A stretch of 64,000 bases of DNA from positions 1,922,001-1,986,000 of the forward strand of contig JAWMAR010000363.1 of NCBI GenBank assembly GCA_036785375.1, read 5' to 3'. This DNA comes from Leucoraja ocellata. Its lineage: Eukaryota. The translations under genes and the position numbers were made by a program. Shown one piece after another: positions 44,675 to 57,370 of this stretch. The notes under the pieces were generated by a model. The model ran no database searches, was not told the origin of the DNA, and worked only from the letters and a program-made list of their open reading frames with translations. Numbering within the stretch: position 1 is the first letter of the stretch; every line of letters begins with the position of its first letter.

Positions 44675-45497
44675 CTGGTGGCGCAGCGGTAGAGTTGCTG
44701 CCCGACAGCGCCAGAGACTCAGGTTTGATCCAGACTGTGGAGGCTGTTTCCATGGATTTTGTACGTTCTCCATGTGACCTGTGTGGGTTTCCTCCGGCTG
44801 CTCCAGTTTCTACCCGCACACCAAAGACATACAAATTTGTTGGTCAATTAGCATGGTATAATTGTAAATTGTCCCTAGTCAAGTCAAGTCAAGTTTATTC
44901 GTCACATACACATACGAGATGTGCAGTGAAATGAAAAGTGGCAATGCTCGCGGACTTTGTGCAAAAAGACAAACAAACAAACAACCAAACAAACTATAAA
45001 CACAATCATAAACACACACATATTCTTTTACATATTAATTATTGGAAGGAAAATGGTTCAGTAAAGTTAGTCCCTGGTGAGATAGGAGTTTACAGTCCGA
45101 ATGGCCTCTGGGAAGAAACTCCTTCTCAACCTCTCCGTTCTCACAGCATGGCAACGGAGGTGTTTGCCTGACCGTAGCAGCTGGAACAGTCCGTTGCATG
45201 GGTGGAAGGGGTCTCCCATGATTTTATTGGCCCTGGAGTTGCACCTCCTGATGTATAGTTCCTGCAGCGGGGCGAGTGAAGTTCCCATAGTGCGTTCGGA
45301 CGAACGCACTACTCTCTGCAGAGCCTTCTTGTCCTGGGCAGAGCAATTCCCAAACCAGATGGTAATATTTCCGGACAAGATGCTTTCCACAGCCTCAGAA
45401 TAGTGTGTGCAGGATAGTGTTAGAGTGTGGGGATCACTGGTTGGCACGTACTTGTTGGGCCTGTTTCCGTGCTGTATCTCTAAACTAAACTAAACTA
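44675..45497 (+). mobile_element. HE1-like V-SINE interrupted by Rex1
   Basis: SINE halves at 44675-44879 and 45401-45497. Confidence 0.8.
44880..45400 (-). mobile_element. Rex1/Babar LINE 3' fragment, near-identical to 26294-26917
   Basis: [18 protein letters not shown]...[22 protein letters not shown] at 44876-44879 and 45401-45404. Confidence 0.9.
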
Positions 45498-45763
45498 GTA
45501 CCACGCTGTCTGAAATTCACTCCTTCAAAAAACCTATGGTTGCAAATGAGTACTTTCTTTAGTTTGCTCTAACTTATGACAGAATGAAAATTTATTTTTC
45601 AAAAGAAACACCTTTGCCTGCCATGGAATCCGAAATTTCTGAAATACATCTTATACTCACTTCTTTTGGTTTTGGTCTATTATTGTCACGTGACCCACGG
45701 TATGTTGAAAAGTTTTGTTTTGCATGCTATTTGATCAAATCTGATCTGCCAAGGCCTAATGAA

Positions 45764-46165
45764 TCTCCCAGTTGCTAACCATTTAAACTCCTTTTCCCAT
45801 TCACTGACCTTTCTGTCTTGGGCCTCCTCCATTGTCTGAATGAGGCCACATGCAAACTGGAGGAACAGTGTCTCATATTCCGTTTGGAATATCTGACAAT
45901 TTGGGCAGCGTACTAATTTTAAGTAACATTTAACAACCCCCCTCCCCTGTACTCCACCTAGATTCACACATACTTCTCCCCTCCCCCTCCGTCTCCACCA
46001 ACATTCCTTCCCCTTGTTTCACAATTCGCAACTCTACAATGCTTTTGTCTCACACCTTTTTTCATCTCTGGCCTTTGTCCAACCTTCTGCCTATTAAACC
46101 CTCCCCACACCTGTGTTCACCTACTACCTGCCCCTTCTCTCTTCTAGCTTCCCCCATCCACCCGC
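45764..46165 (+). mobile_element. Degenerate Penelope-like 3' fragment
   Basis: PVANHLNS..DLSVLGLLHCLNEATCKLEEQCLIFRL. Confidence 0.75.
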
Positions 46166-46199
46166 CAACATGACTTTCTTTATAGAGTGTCATCCAGCC

Positions 46200-46800
46200 T
46201 ATAAATTCATAGTGAAGTCAATATGTTGATATCATCTTCAATTAATACATTCCAAAGCACAAATGTCACTTATGTGGCCTTATTAAACAGTGCATCCTTC
46301 AAGTGTGCACAGGATACAACAGTGTGTAATGGCTGCAGGACCTTAAATTGTAGTCCTTCTCACAAAGCCTTTGCATTGGTTGCACCAAGCTTTAGTGTGT
46401 CCCTTGGCACACAACCTGCACACTGGAACGTGCCAGGCAGCAGCATTCGCTTTTGAACATCTCATTGCAATGGAAGACCAATGGGTATCGAGCCAATGAT
46501 CTCCGGCAGCACTATGCTTATCTCGATGTGTGTCTCTGGCAACAAGCCATACATCAAAGTCCTCCAGTACACAACTGGGGACAAACCTCGACAAGAACCT
46601 TTCCGTCCTTTCGACTAATAAGGACAGTGTCCATTGCTCGCTGCTGAGCTCTGGTGATGAGGCATTTTGTCACGTGGTTTTGAAACCATCCCACAATGTA
46701 CATTGTGTCCTTCTCCCAGACAACCTAAAGGGCATTTTGTGCTGATCACTGCTGCTGGCCATGGTCAAAAGCATTTTTCTAAAGGCACTTTTCTGCAAAG
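46200..46800 (-). mobile_element. Tx1/L1-group LINE 3' end, highly degenerate
   Basis: Frameshifted FAEKCL.KNAFDH, QNASSPELS, FLSRFVPS and LVFHCNEMFKSECCCLA resemble a Tx1 ORF2 C-terminus. Confidence 0.65.
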
Positions 46801-47007
46801 AACAAGCAGTGCATTAAAGTCTCAAGGTTTTGGCAACCAAATCAAACTTAAAGTAGCACCTTCATTTGCAGTTAACAGACTCAGCACACTATACTGGTTA
46901 GCTAAAAGGGGAATATTTTACCATGAAAGCGACATTATCTGGTGTTGTGCATTAGCAGTGATTTCAGCTGAAGAGAATTAAGAGATTGCCTGTATTCGAT
47001 ATATTGG

Positions 47008-47795
47008 GCTTTAGTGTAATGGTCGAGTTGCTGCCTTACAATGCCAGAGACCCGGGTTCGATCCAGACTACGGATGGTGACAGGGGTGCGGAGTTTATTC
47101 GTTCACCCTGTGACTACGTAAGTTTTTTCTGGGTGCTCCGGTTCAAAGGTTCAAAGGTCTTTTATTGTCACGTACATTAATTAAAGTAAAGTGATATTCG
47201 ATTTACCATACAGCTATACTGAAAAAAGCAAAAGGACCCACAACTACATAAAAGTCAACATAAACATCCACCACAGCGGTTCCCCACATTCCCCCTGTGA
47301 TGGAAGGCAATAAAGTCTAATCTTCTTCCCTCTTTATTCTCCCGCAGTCAGGGCAGTCGAACCATCCGCAGTCGGGGTGATCGAAGCTCTCACAGCCGGC
47401 GATGGAGCTCCCAAAGTTGGTCCCTAATCAGGGACCACGAGCTCCACGATGTTAGGCCGCAGTGCAGACGGAGATACGATATGGAAAAAAATCGCATCTC
47501 TGTCAAGGTAAGAGATTAAAAAAAGGTTCCCCTAACCCCCCACATAAAACAAGCTAAAATACACTAAAACATACATTTAACACATACTAAAAATAACAAA
47601 GAAAGAAAAGGACAAGACAGACTGTTGGCGAGGCAGCCATTACGGGCGCCACCTCTCCCACATTTCAAAGACGTGCAGCTTTGGAGGGTAATTGGCTTCT
47701 GTAAATTATCCCTTGTGCGTAGTTTAGAACTGGTCAATGAGTGATTGCCGGTTGGCATGGACTCGTTTCCATGCTGTACCTCCAAACTAAACTAA
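47008..47795 (+). mobile_element. HE1-like V-SINE interrupted by an insertion
   Basis: The SINE breaks at CCGGTT (47143) and resumes at TCTCCCACA (47654). Confidence 0.75.
47144..47653 (-). mobile_element. Non-autonomous retroelement related to 13497-14321
   Basis: 5' GGTGGCGCCCGTAATGGCTGCC, T-rich tract, G run, CCATCACAG..CTGTGGTGGATG hairpin, GTGACAATAAA and (CCTTTGAA)n tail. Confidence 0.72.
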
Positions 47796-48257
47796 CAAGA
47801 TATTAAACACACATTTCCAAGAGAGACAATCCTAAAATTAGATGGTTAAATGGGAATCTGAACAGAAACACCAAAAATGGCAACCCAATGCTGGAAGACA
47901 ATGGGTCCAGATCCAACATGGGTTTCTTTCTAGATGGAACGAGAAGCCATCAGATTGGAAGATTATGTGTCCATATTGTGCCACCTCCTGAATGCTTGGA
48001 CTTGCATTGCTTACATGGGTGAATATATAATAGGTAAAGCCTGGCATGAACATAGCCACAGATGATAACATTTGCATCATAGAAGGATTGGGAAAATTGG
48101 CTGTTTTTCATTGACTACAGCTTGGCACTCAATACCAAAATTCTCTCCAAACTCAGGGAACTGGATCTCTGTTCATCTCTTTGCAACTGGATCCCCAACT
48201 TCCTCATCGGCAAAGCACAATCAATATGAATTTGCAACAATACTTCCTTCTCGATGA

Positions 48258-48955
48258 CCAACAGCACAGGATCACCTCAAGGCTGGGTGCTCAGTTCCCT
48301 GCTCCACTCACTTTAAACTCAGTACTGTGTAACCAGATACAGTTCCAATGCCTTCATTAAATTTGCCAACTGCACCACAGTTATTATTGAATAATTAGCA
48401 ATGATGAGTCAGAGTATGGGAAGGAGATTGAAAATCTGACTGAATGGTTCCAGAACAACAATCTTGCTCTCAACATTTACAAGACCAATGAGCTGAGTGG
48501 TGACTTTGGAAGGGTCTGTATCTCTGGGTTGACAGTGGAGAGAATCAACAACTTCAAGTTCCTGGGCCCCGTACATTGAAGCAATCATAAAGAAAGCTTA
48601 TCAATTCCTCTAATTCGTTAGAAGACTAAAGGTGATTCAGTATGTCAACGAACACTCGCTTGGTGCGTGGTAGACAGCATATTTACTGGTTGTATCAGGC
48701 CCTGGTTCAGCAACTCAAAACACCCAGGGACAAAGAAGATTACAAAAAGTGGTAGACATTACAGGTACTGACCTTCCCGCCATTGAAGGGATTTATAGGA
48801 GGCGCTGCCTCATAAAGGCAGCCGGTGTCATCAAAGACCCACACCATCCTGGCCATGCTTTTTTGGGAATCTGGAAACCATGGCCACCATCCTTAAGAAT
48901 AGCTTCTTCCCAACTACCATCAGGCTCTTGAAGACTGCACAACACTAACCTCAGC
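48258..48955 (+). mobile_element. Old Rex1/Babar RT fragment
   Basis: STGSPQGWVLS, IKFANCTTV, WFQNNNLALN and IKDPHHPGHA. Confidence 0.8.
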
Positions 48956-50139
48956 AAAATGTTGCCAGTTTGGCTCGTCAATAGAGTAGGAGCAGCTCAG
49001 TGGAATAAGCTGTAATCTTCAGAAATGCTTCGGTCCTTATGAAATAAAAACAGAAAATGTTAGAAACATTCAGCAGGTCTGGCACCAAAACAGAGCTAAT
49101 GTTTCAAATTGAAGACCCTTCAGTCCAGATAATCTTTAACACTCCTGGGATTAAATTCAGGAAGAGATTTGAGGGTCTTTCTGTGAGATTATGCTGCTTA
49201 TTCCTGATAGCGAAGTGTGATCTTGGCACAAAGTATGATGACTACGTGGTGGATACTGAAGCAAGCAGTGCAAGAATTTATCAAAGTAGGTTTAATGAAG
49301 CTTAAAATGGTAAAACGTTAATCCACTTTTACATGCACAGCAGCCCTCTCACAATTAATGTGGTATTTCTCTATTGGTTTATTTCTTACAGTTAGTATTC
49401 AGATTGATGCTGCTACTGTACAAAAGCTACTTCCTATTTTTTTTAAAGTTGTATGAAACCAAAATGCTTATTCCAGATCTTTAAAACATCTCTATGGAAA
49501 AGCGTCTTAGTGGAGCTTAAAACATCAAAACCCTTTGCTAAAGTACTGGTACATCTGTATCAACACACAGGACACAGAATGCTTGATTACATGTTTGAGA
49601 AAGTAGTCCATCTCAAGGCAGTTCCAACCACAAATGTTGACTGCAATGTGATGAATGGAGTAGATCACGCATGTTGTAAACAAAAACTAATCGTTGAGGT
49701 TGAGTGTTTGAGCAATCAATGATCTTCGTTGAGCTGAGTATCAGTTATGCATTTACTAATTAAGACATGGGACATCAATTCAACACCTATGGTAGTTTGA
49801 AGAAGGCTCCCGACCTGAAACATCGTCTGTCATTCTAAAGAAGGGTCCTAACCTGAAATGTTGTCTGTCCATTCCCTCCACTAATGCTATCTGACCTGCG
49901 GAGTTCCTCCAGCACTTTGTTTTTTGCTCAAGATTCCAGCAACTGCAGTTTCTTGTGTCGGCACCTTTGTAATTGGTAGTCAGACAAAAACTAAAGCTGC
50001 AAACATGTTGCAGCAAAACTACATGTAATCAGGTTACATATTTTCAATGTCTTGTATTTCAAATATAAATGTTATTTCTAAAATAATATATGCAAAAAAA
50101 AACTTACCAATACATGCTTTCTTTCCATTCAGAGGGTAA

Positions 50140-50935
50140 TCCAGTATATACAGGTCAGTATATTGATAATATCTTCAAGTTAATACATTCTATGTACAAA
50201 GCACCAATGCCACTGATGTAGCTTCATTAAACAATGCACCCTTCAAGCGTATACAGAGCACAACCCATCAGTGTCCAACGGCTCCAGGAGAAAGCCCTTG
50301 TCCCACTTATGTATCCTTGGCACGCTAATTACGCGACCTTGTCGTCACGTTGAGGCGCGACGGTCTTGCGAGAGTCGCGCGCGTCATCATGCGCCCGCAC
50401 AGCCGTCTGGAGTGCATGACGTCATTTGAAGATGGACACAAAATGCAAGAGTAACTCAGCGGGACCGGCAGTATCTCTGGAGAGAAGCAATGGATGATGT
50501 TTCGGGTCGAGACCCTTCTTCAGTCTGAAACGTCATCCATTCCTTCTCTCCAGAGATGCTGCCGGTCCCGCTGTGTATGCCTATAGCCCAGAGTGTCCTC
50601 TGTTACCCAGCTGCTCAGGACAAACCTCGACAAGGACCTTTGGTCTCTTTCTCACACCCCGTTTGCAACCTATGAGGGCAGAGTGCATTGAGACTCTGAC
50701 CGTACAGGAAGGATCGGATGGAGAGAGTCCCTCTTACTCCCAGCCGAGCAAAACTCTTGGTCCTTGCTGATGAACTCTGGCAATGAGGCATTTTGCCAAG
50801 TGGTTTTGACATTTGGGGAACTGTTCCACAAGATGCATTGTGTTCTTCTCCACACGGCTGACAGGACATGCTATGCTGATCACAGCCTTGTGGACATGGT
50901 CACCAGTGTTTCTCTCAAGGCACTTTTCTACAAAG
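50140..50935 (-). mobile_element. Second degenerate Tx1-like 3' end, interrupted at about 50293-50573 by Harbinger-like and Penelope-derived pieces
   Basis: FVEKCLERNTGDH, KTTWQNASLPEF and IRSFLYGQSL..CP. Homologous to 46200-46800. Confidence 0.65.
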
Positions 50936-51029
50936 TCTTAAGGTTTCAACAACCAAATATGCAACCTTCTCTTGCATGCAGTTGTGCTGCAACATGTTTG
51001 CAGCATTTAGCTAAATGGGCAATCTTTTA

Positions 51030-51425
51030 ATCATCATCATTGGCAGTCACTCGAAACGAGTATGACTGTCCTCTTTATGGGGGACGCCTGTGCATGACTT
51101 TATTTAACGTGGGGAGACTGGTGCACAGACAGCCACCACACAGTCCTTGACAGATCTGGGTCAGGATCCAGTGGCATGGAGTCCAAGGCGACCGGTGACC
51201 CTTTTCTGCTGCAGCCTTCATCCGCCTTCTGAGCCGTTGTGATGTTCCCCCAGAGTCAGACATCATCCTCCGCCTGTTCCACCGTTGAGGTCTTGGTTGG
51301 ATTGCTCTTTGTCACGGACATCCCCCTTGACCCTACCACCATGGGTGGCCAGGAGCATAGCTGCAGACGGCATCGCTCTCAGGATCTCAGGACCACGCAA
51401 GCTTCTCCACCACGACGAAGTGACA
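51030..51425 (-). mobile_element. Non-autonomous RTE-derived element (5'UTR-like head fused to an RTE-like tail)
   Basis: Minus-strand head GTCGTGGTGGAGAAGCTTGCGTGGTCC..GAGAGCGATGCC and tail CATACTCGTTTCGAGTGACTGCCA(ATG)n. Absent from the paralogous block near 46920. Confidence 0.65.
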
Positions 51426-52844
51426 ATGCTAACTGGTGATGTGCAAGGGGCAGTCACTCCAGCTGAGTAGAATTAAGAGATTAACTGTACTCTACATCAT
51501 AGATATTAAGGGCACAATTCCAGGAAAGAGTAATCTGCAAATAGATTGTTAAATGGAAATCTAAAGAGAGACACCAACAATTGCAACCCTATGCTGGAAG
51601 ACAACGGCTTGAAAAATAACTATTTCCAACAAGACTAGATCCAGAACTAACATGGGTTTCTTTCTGAGGAGCCATCAGATTAGAAGATCATGTGTCCATA
51701 TTATACCACCCACTGCGTGGTTAGACTTGCATTGCTTACATCTACATACCTGGCCATTTTTGTTTGGCGAGAGTGGGTTAGAATTGAACGCAAAGTGTCT
51801 GATCACCAATTTTAACATCTTCAAATGTTTTTTTTCCAAAAGTGATTAAACGGGGATCTTCAGCAGTGCTTCAGTCCTTGTGAATTAAAAACAGAAAATG
51901 TTACAGAGATACAGTGGTACATTAGAAATAACATCCAAGGTAAACACTGATAATTCCAAGCAAAATTCACTCCAGCTGGGTGAAATATTTCCCAGTGTCA
52001 TCCATTTGCCCATTGACACCATCAGTGTGTGGCACAGCCAATTCTTACTTTAATGACATAAATCGGGATAATCTTTGGTCACACATTTGGGGAACATAGG
52101 TTTCATTCATAAAAGCAAGCCAGAGATAAATCTTACATCAAAAATCATGTAACTGGAAATTGTTCAAAATGCATAAGCTCGATTGGCAATATCCACAGGC
52201 TGGTTGGAGATAAAAGTGATGTATCTGACCAAACTACACTTCATGGTGATGAGGATCACATGTTCCAAGTATGGAATTGTGCACAAGGAGTATGAAACTA
52301 TACTATTTTAACAATTTATCTAAACCATGGAGTCCATTTTTCTGCCAGAGGTAAAGCTGGCATTGTGGATCACTTAAATGCAGACAGAAGAAACTGCAGA
52401 TGCTGGTTTACAAAATAAGACTGAGTGCTGGAGTAACTTAGCAGGTAAGGCAGCATCTCGGGAGAACATGGATTGGCGATGTTTTGAGTTGGGGCCCTTC
52501 TTTAGACTGATTGCAAAGTGAAGTGGAGGTGGGACAAAGCCTGGCATGTGATCCTTTATAACTTTCACCTTCATTAAGATCAAGTGTAAAATTTGTACCG
52601 TGATCTCTTTAATTGTGATTCATTTTGTGGAATGATCCTTTCATTCTCCTACATTAAATCCCCAAACACCTAAATTTGATTCACATTCTATAATTTGACT
52701 CTCAATCCAACTACATACTCATTAGCTACTCTATGTTGTACACTAAAGCAGTCCTTTAACTTCCAACACATCTCAGCAAATAAGTAACACATTTTTATTT
52801 TCGACCCAAAACATCACCCATTCCTTCTATGCAGAGATTATAAA

Positions 52845-53495
52845 GTCATAAGGTCATAGATGATAGTAGTATGAGATCATTCGGCTTATCACGTCTACTC
52901 CACCATTCAATGATGGCTGATCTATCTCTCCCTCCTAACCTCATTCTCCTACCTTCTCCCCACAACCTCTGGCACACATACTAATCGAAAATCTATCTAT
53001 CTCTGCCTTAAAAATATCCACTGACATTGTCTCTACGGCCTTCTGTAGCAAATAACTCCACAGATTCACCACCCTCTTACTAAATACATTTCTCCTCATC
53101 TCCTTTCTAAAAGAACGTCCTGTAATTTTAAGACTATGACTAGTCCTAGACTCTCCCACTAGTGGAAACATCTTCTCCGCATCCACTCTATCCAACCCTT
53201 TCACTATTCGGTAAGTTTTAATGACGTCTCCACTCATCCTTCTAAACTCCAGCGAGTACAGACCCAGTGCTGACAAACGTTCGTCATTGGTTACCTCCTC
53301 ATTCCTGGGATCATTCTTGTAAATCTCCTCTGGACCCTCTCCAGAGCCAGCACATCCTTCCGCAGATGTGGTGCCCAAAATTGCTCACAATATTCCAAAT
53401 GCGGCCTTACCAGTGCCTTATAGAGCCTCAGCATTACATCCCAGTTTTTGTACACAAACCCTCTTGAAATAAATGCCAGCAGTCAGTTTGCTTTC
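52845..53495 (-). mobile_element. CR1 LINE 3' end
   Basis: LYKALVRPHLEYC, LGLYSLEFRRMSGD and FSKRVVNLW, plus a CR1 3' UTR. Confidence 0.88.
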
Positions 53496-53554
53496 TGTCT
53501 GTCCCGCTGAGTTCCTCCGGCATTTTGTGTCTATCATCAGTGTAAACCAGCATC

Positions 53555-54022
53555 ACCACTTTCTCCAGGGGCACCATAGAGAGCATTTTGACCAGCTGCA
53601 TCTCTGTCTGGTTTGTGGACTGTAAAGCCTCCGACTGGAAGTCCGTGCAGAGTGGTGAGGACGGCTAAAAAAATAATCGGGACTTCTCTTCCTTTAATGC
53701 GGGACATTGCGTGCAAACGTTGCTTGTCCAAGGCCAACAGCATTATAAAAAAAACCACACATCTCCATCATGGTCTGTTCACTCTGCTGCCCTCGGGCAA
53801 AAGGTATCGCAGTATAAGGAGCAGAACGGCCAGGTTTTGCAACAGCTTCTTCCCCCGAGCCATCAGACTCTTGAATTCCACATAATGTGCCGCCACTATT
53901 ATCTATTTTATCTTTTTATCTATTTTATCCTTTTGTTATTTATGTTGCACGGTGAGCCAGACAAAATTTCGTTCAGACTTGCATTTGTTGGTGTATTTTT
54001 GAATGACAATAAAGTCTTTGAT
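53555..54022 (+). mobile_element. Rex1/Babar LINE 3' end
   Basis: GTIESILTSCISVW and LFTLLPSGKRYRSIRSRTARFCNSFFPRAIRLLN. 3' end ATTTCGTTCAG..TGAATGACAATAAA. Confidence 0.88.
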
Positions 54023-54032
54023 TAAAAAAAAA

Positions 54033-54922
54033 TCAAGATTCAAGATTCAAGATTCAAAATTCAATTTAATTGTCATTTGGACCCCTTGAGGTCCAAACGA
54101 AATGCCGTTTCTGCAGCCATACATTACAAACAAATAGACCCAAGACACAACATACTTTACATTTTACATAAACATCCATCACATCGTTGTGATGGAAGGC
54201 CAAAAAACCATCTCTCCACTGCACTCCCCCCCCCCCCCCCCCCCCCCCCCCCCGATGTCAGAGTCAAAATCAAAGCCCCCGGCTGGCGATGGCGATTGTC
54301 CCGCGGCCATTAAAGCCACGCCGGGTGGTGAGAGGTCGCACACCGGGTCCTGGTGTTGGAGCCCCCGGCGTGCGCTCGCAGAGTCCAAGTCGCGCGGGGG
54401 CGGTGCTGTAAGGCCCCGCTCCAGGAGCTCTTCGACCCCGCAACTCGGGCGGGAGAAGTCGCCGTTGCAGGAGCCCTGAAAAGCGGTCTCCCTCCAGGGA
54501 CCCGCGGGCTCCCGGTGCCGTCGTCCGCCAGACCCGCAGTTGCAGCCTCCGAATCTCCGGAGGTCGGGCCGCAGCAGCAGCAGCGCTCCACCATCGCTCC
54601 ACCCGCTCCGGACTCGGCCAGCTCCGCGACGGTGAGGTGAGTAGTCGGCACCAGAGCCCCCGGTCTTCTCCTGTTGGAGGCCGCTCCTCGTTGCAGCCCC
54701 AACGACAACGGAGACCCGACAAGAAAAGGTCGGGTCTCCCGTGCAGGGAGAGATTTAAAAGTTACCCCCTCCCTCCCACCCCACCCCCACCCCCACCCCC
54801 ACCCCCCCCACACACACCCCCCAACAGAAAATAACAAAAACTACATAGAAACATAGACAAAAAATAATAAAAACGCGGACGGGCTGCAGAGGCCGCTGCT
54901 GACGAGAGTCGCGCCGCCTACC
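54033..54922 (-). mobile_element. Second full-length copy of the GC-rich (TTGAATC)n-tailed element
   Basis: Same 5' end GGTAGGCGGCGCGACTCTCGTCAGCAGC as 13497, and near-identical apart from indels. Confidence 0.88.
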
Positions 54923-55044
54923 AGATTAGTAGTCAATTCTTTCAAAAGCTGGCTTTGATGAATAACTTGTGGAACAAGATCAATAAAGTGAGACCAAAAC
55001 TATGGAAAGCCATTAAATTGAATGCAACTATAAATTAATGACAT

Positions 55045-55415
55045 GGCATAAGGCTTAGATAGAGTGGATGTGGAGAGGATGTTTCCAGTAGTGGGAGAGT
55101 CTAGAACCAGAGGGCACAGCCTCAGAATAAACAGATGTACCCGTAGATTGGAGTTGATGAGGAATTTCTTTAGCCAGAGGGTGATGAATCTATGGAATTC
55201 ATTGCCACAGATAGCAGCAGAGGCAAAGCCATAGGGTATTTTTAAATCAGAGGTTGATAGGTTTGTGATTAGCAAGGGCATCAAAGGTTACAGGGAGAAG
55301 GCAGGAGAATGGGGTTGAGAAGGGAACATACAGTAGATCTGCCGTGATCGAATGGCAGAGCAGACGCGATGGACAGAATGGCCTAATTTTGCCTCGATGT
55401 GTTATGGTCTCATAG
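55045..55415 (+). mobile_element. CR1 LINE 3' end
   Basis: GLDRVDVERMFPVVGESRTRGHSL..NFFSQRVMNLWNSLP. Confidence 0.85.
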
Positions 55416-57103
55416 TCTTAATGTAAATACTAATAGTTTATAAAACATTTCATAAAGGTAATAAATTATCACATCAAAGTCCTTGGCAGTAGGTCACAGC
55501 ATACCGTTAATGTTAGGAGTGATCACTACTCAGAATGACATTGGATCGACTTCTTCTGCATATCAATGGCACAAGATTTTATATCACCCTAACTCTTAAC
55601 TTGCAAACAAAAGAATGGCAGTGATTTACGGACCCTCTGCCGTGTTGAACTTGAGCAAACACATTACGGTGAGTTGAATGCACCTTTGGGAAAATGTGCT
55701 GGGATACACAAGATTTAAATCAAGCTGCACCGAACCAGTGTGCCCTCTATTCACAATACTCGGGGAACTGACTCATAGAATTATTTAGCACAGGAGAACA
55801 CTCAGCCCATTGTGCTGGTGCCAGCTCGTTCAGCAAGATACCAATTACTCCAACTAGTCGTCCCTTTCCCCGTAACTTGCAATTATTTCCTCTCTTCGAC
55901 TATATATCACACATTTAAATTTACAGGCCAAACATTTAAATTCAAAATAATTATTTCACAAAATAATATTCTTCTCTTCTGTCTGAATCTTAAAAAATAT
56001 ATTTTTAATCTGTTACCTATTACAGAGGACTAGACATGAAGAAATACACCCAGAAACAGGTCTTTCATCTTACTGAGTCCATGTCCATGTCAACCATTGG
56101 ACAGTCGTCAGCATGGACTCGATGGGCCGAAGGATCCGTTTCCACGCGGTATTTCTAAATTAAACTGAACTAAATCAGGCACACATTTACACTAATTTGA
56201 CAATAAATCTATTTATTCTCTCCACATTTCCATCGACTTCCTGCAGATTTTACCACACACTTAAACACTAGGGCAAATTTTGCAGTTGGCCATTTAACCT
56301 GCAAAACCACAAGTCTTTGGGATGGGGGAGGAAATCAGAGCAAACCCACATGGTCACAGAAATAATATTACACTCCACACTGATAGCACCGGACACAGGA
56401 CTGAACCCGATGGGCTAGAGTTGTGAGGCAGTATTTCTACTAACACTGTCACTGTACTGCTCCAAGGCTTCTCGCATTTGAATCACTTGTCCTTAATTCA
56501 AGGATGGGGGAGGAACTGATCAGCTGCAACCAAGACTAGAGGCAGCATTGACATGTAGAAATGCAGGAGACCCATGAGAAGCACTTTAAAGAAATGAATC
56601 AAGCAATAGTGTGTATTATTCAGTATGGGAGCTCTGAGTTTATTATTTTTAAACTGTATGAACACATTCTCAAGATCATATTTATTTTTGAAACTTTATT
56701 GTGGTTGGTACCTTCAACAATCAAGTACAGTGCTCGCTTTTTTATTCTGAGATTTTTGGTTTAATTCTGCTTAATTTGTGGGGTGTAAAATGCTGGGATG
56801 ACCTACATTCTTGTACACAGTTTAGCTGGCAGCATAAGATTATAAAAATACTTTCAATAGCAGGATTTGGTAAATAGTTCAGTCAGTGTATTTGTTGGGC
56901 ATAATTACCAGCAGTGACTATTCTATTGCAGTTCATATCCCGGATTGATTAAAAATAATATAAATGCAAAATAGGAACAGGCGTTAAGGACTAGTTAATA
57001 TTCCATGGTGCTGCCAACGGGGATGATGCCAAGGGCAATGTTCAGGTTCAGGAAAGATAACTGAACCCAAACCAGGGTGCAGGGTAGGATGAAGCAGAGT
57101 GAT

Positions 57104-57370
57104 GGGCGGCATGGTGGTGCACCTGGTAGAGCTGCTGCCTCACAACGCCAGAGACACAGGTTCAATCCTGACCTCGGGTGCTGTCGGTGTGGAGTTTGCA
57201 CATTCACTTTGTGACCGTGTGGGTTTCCTCCAGGTGTTACGTTTACTCCCACATCTCAAAGACATGAGGGTCTGTAGGTTAATTGGCCTCAGTAAATTGC
57301 CCCGAGTGTATAGTGGACGAGAAAGTGGGATAACATAGAATTAGTATGAACATGTAATCGAAATTCGGCA
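57104..57370 (+). mobile_element. HE1-like V-SINE
   Basis: GGGCGGCATGGTGG head and body. Confidence 0.78.

Noticed and set aside
46343-46745. Duplicated Cys/His-containing ORFs suggesting a small host gene family (with 50615-51030)
   Set aside because: The frameshifted pieces fit the C-terminus of a Tx1-type LINE ORF2.
55615-55674. Short ATG-initiated frame ending at a GTGAGT donor (MAVIYGPSAVLNLSKHIT)
   Set aside because: No partner exon or homology was recognised.
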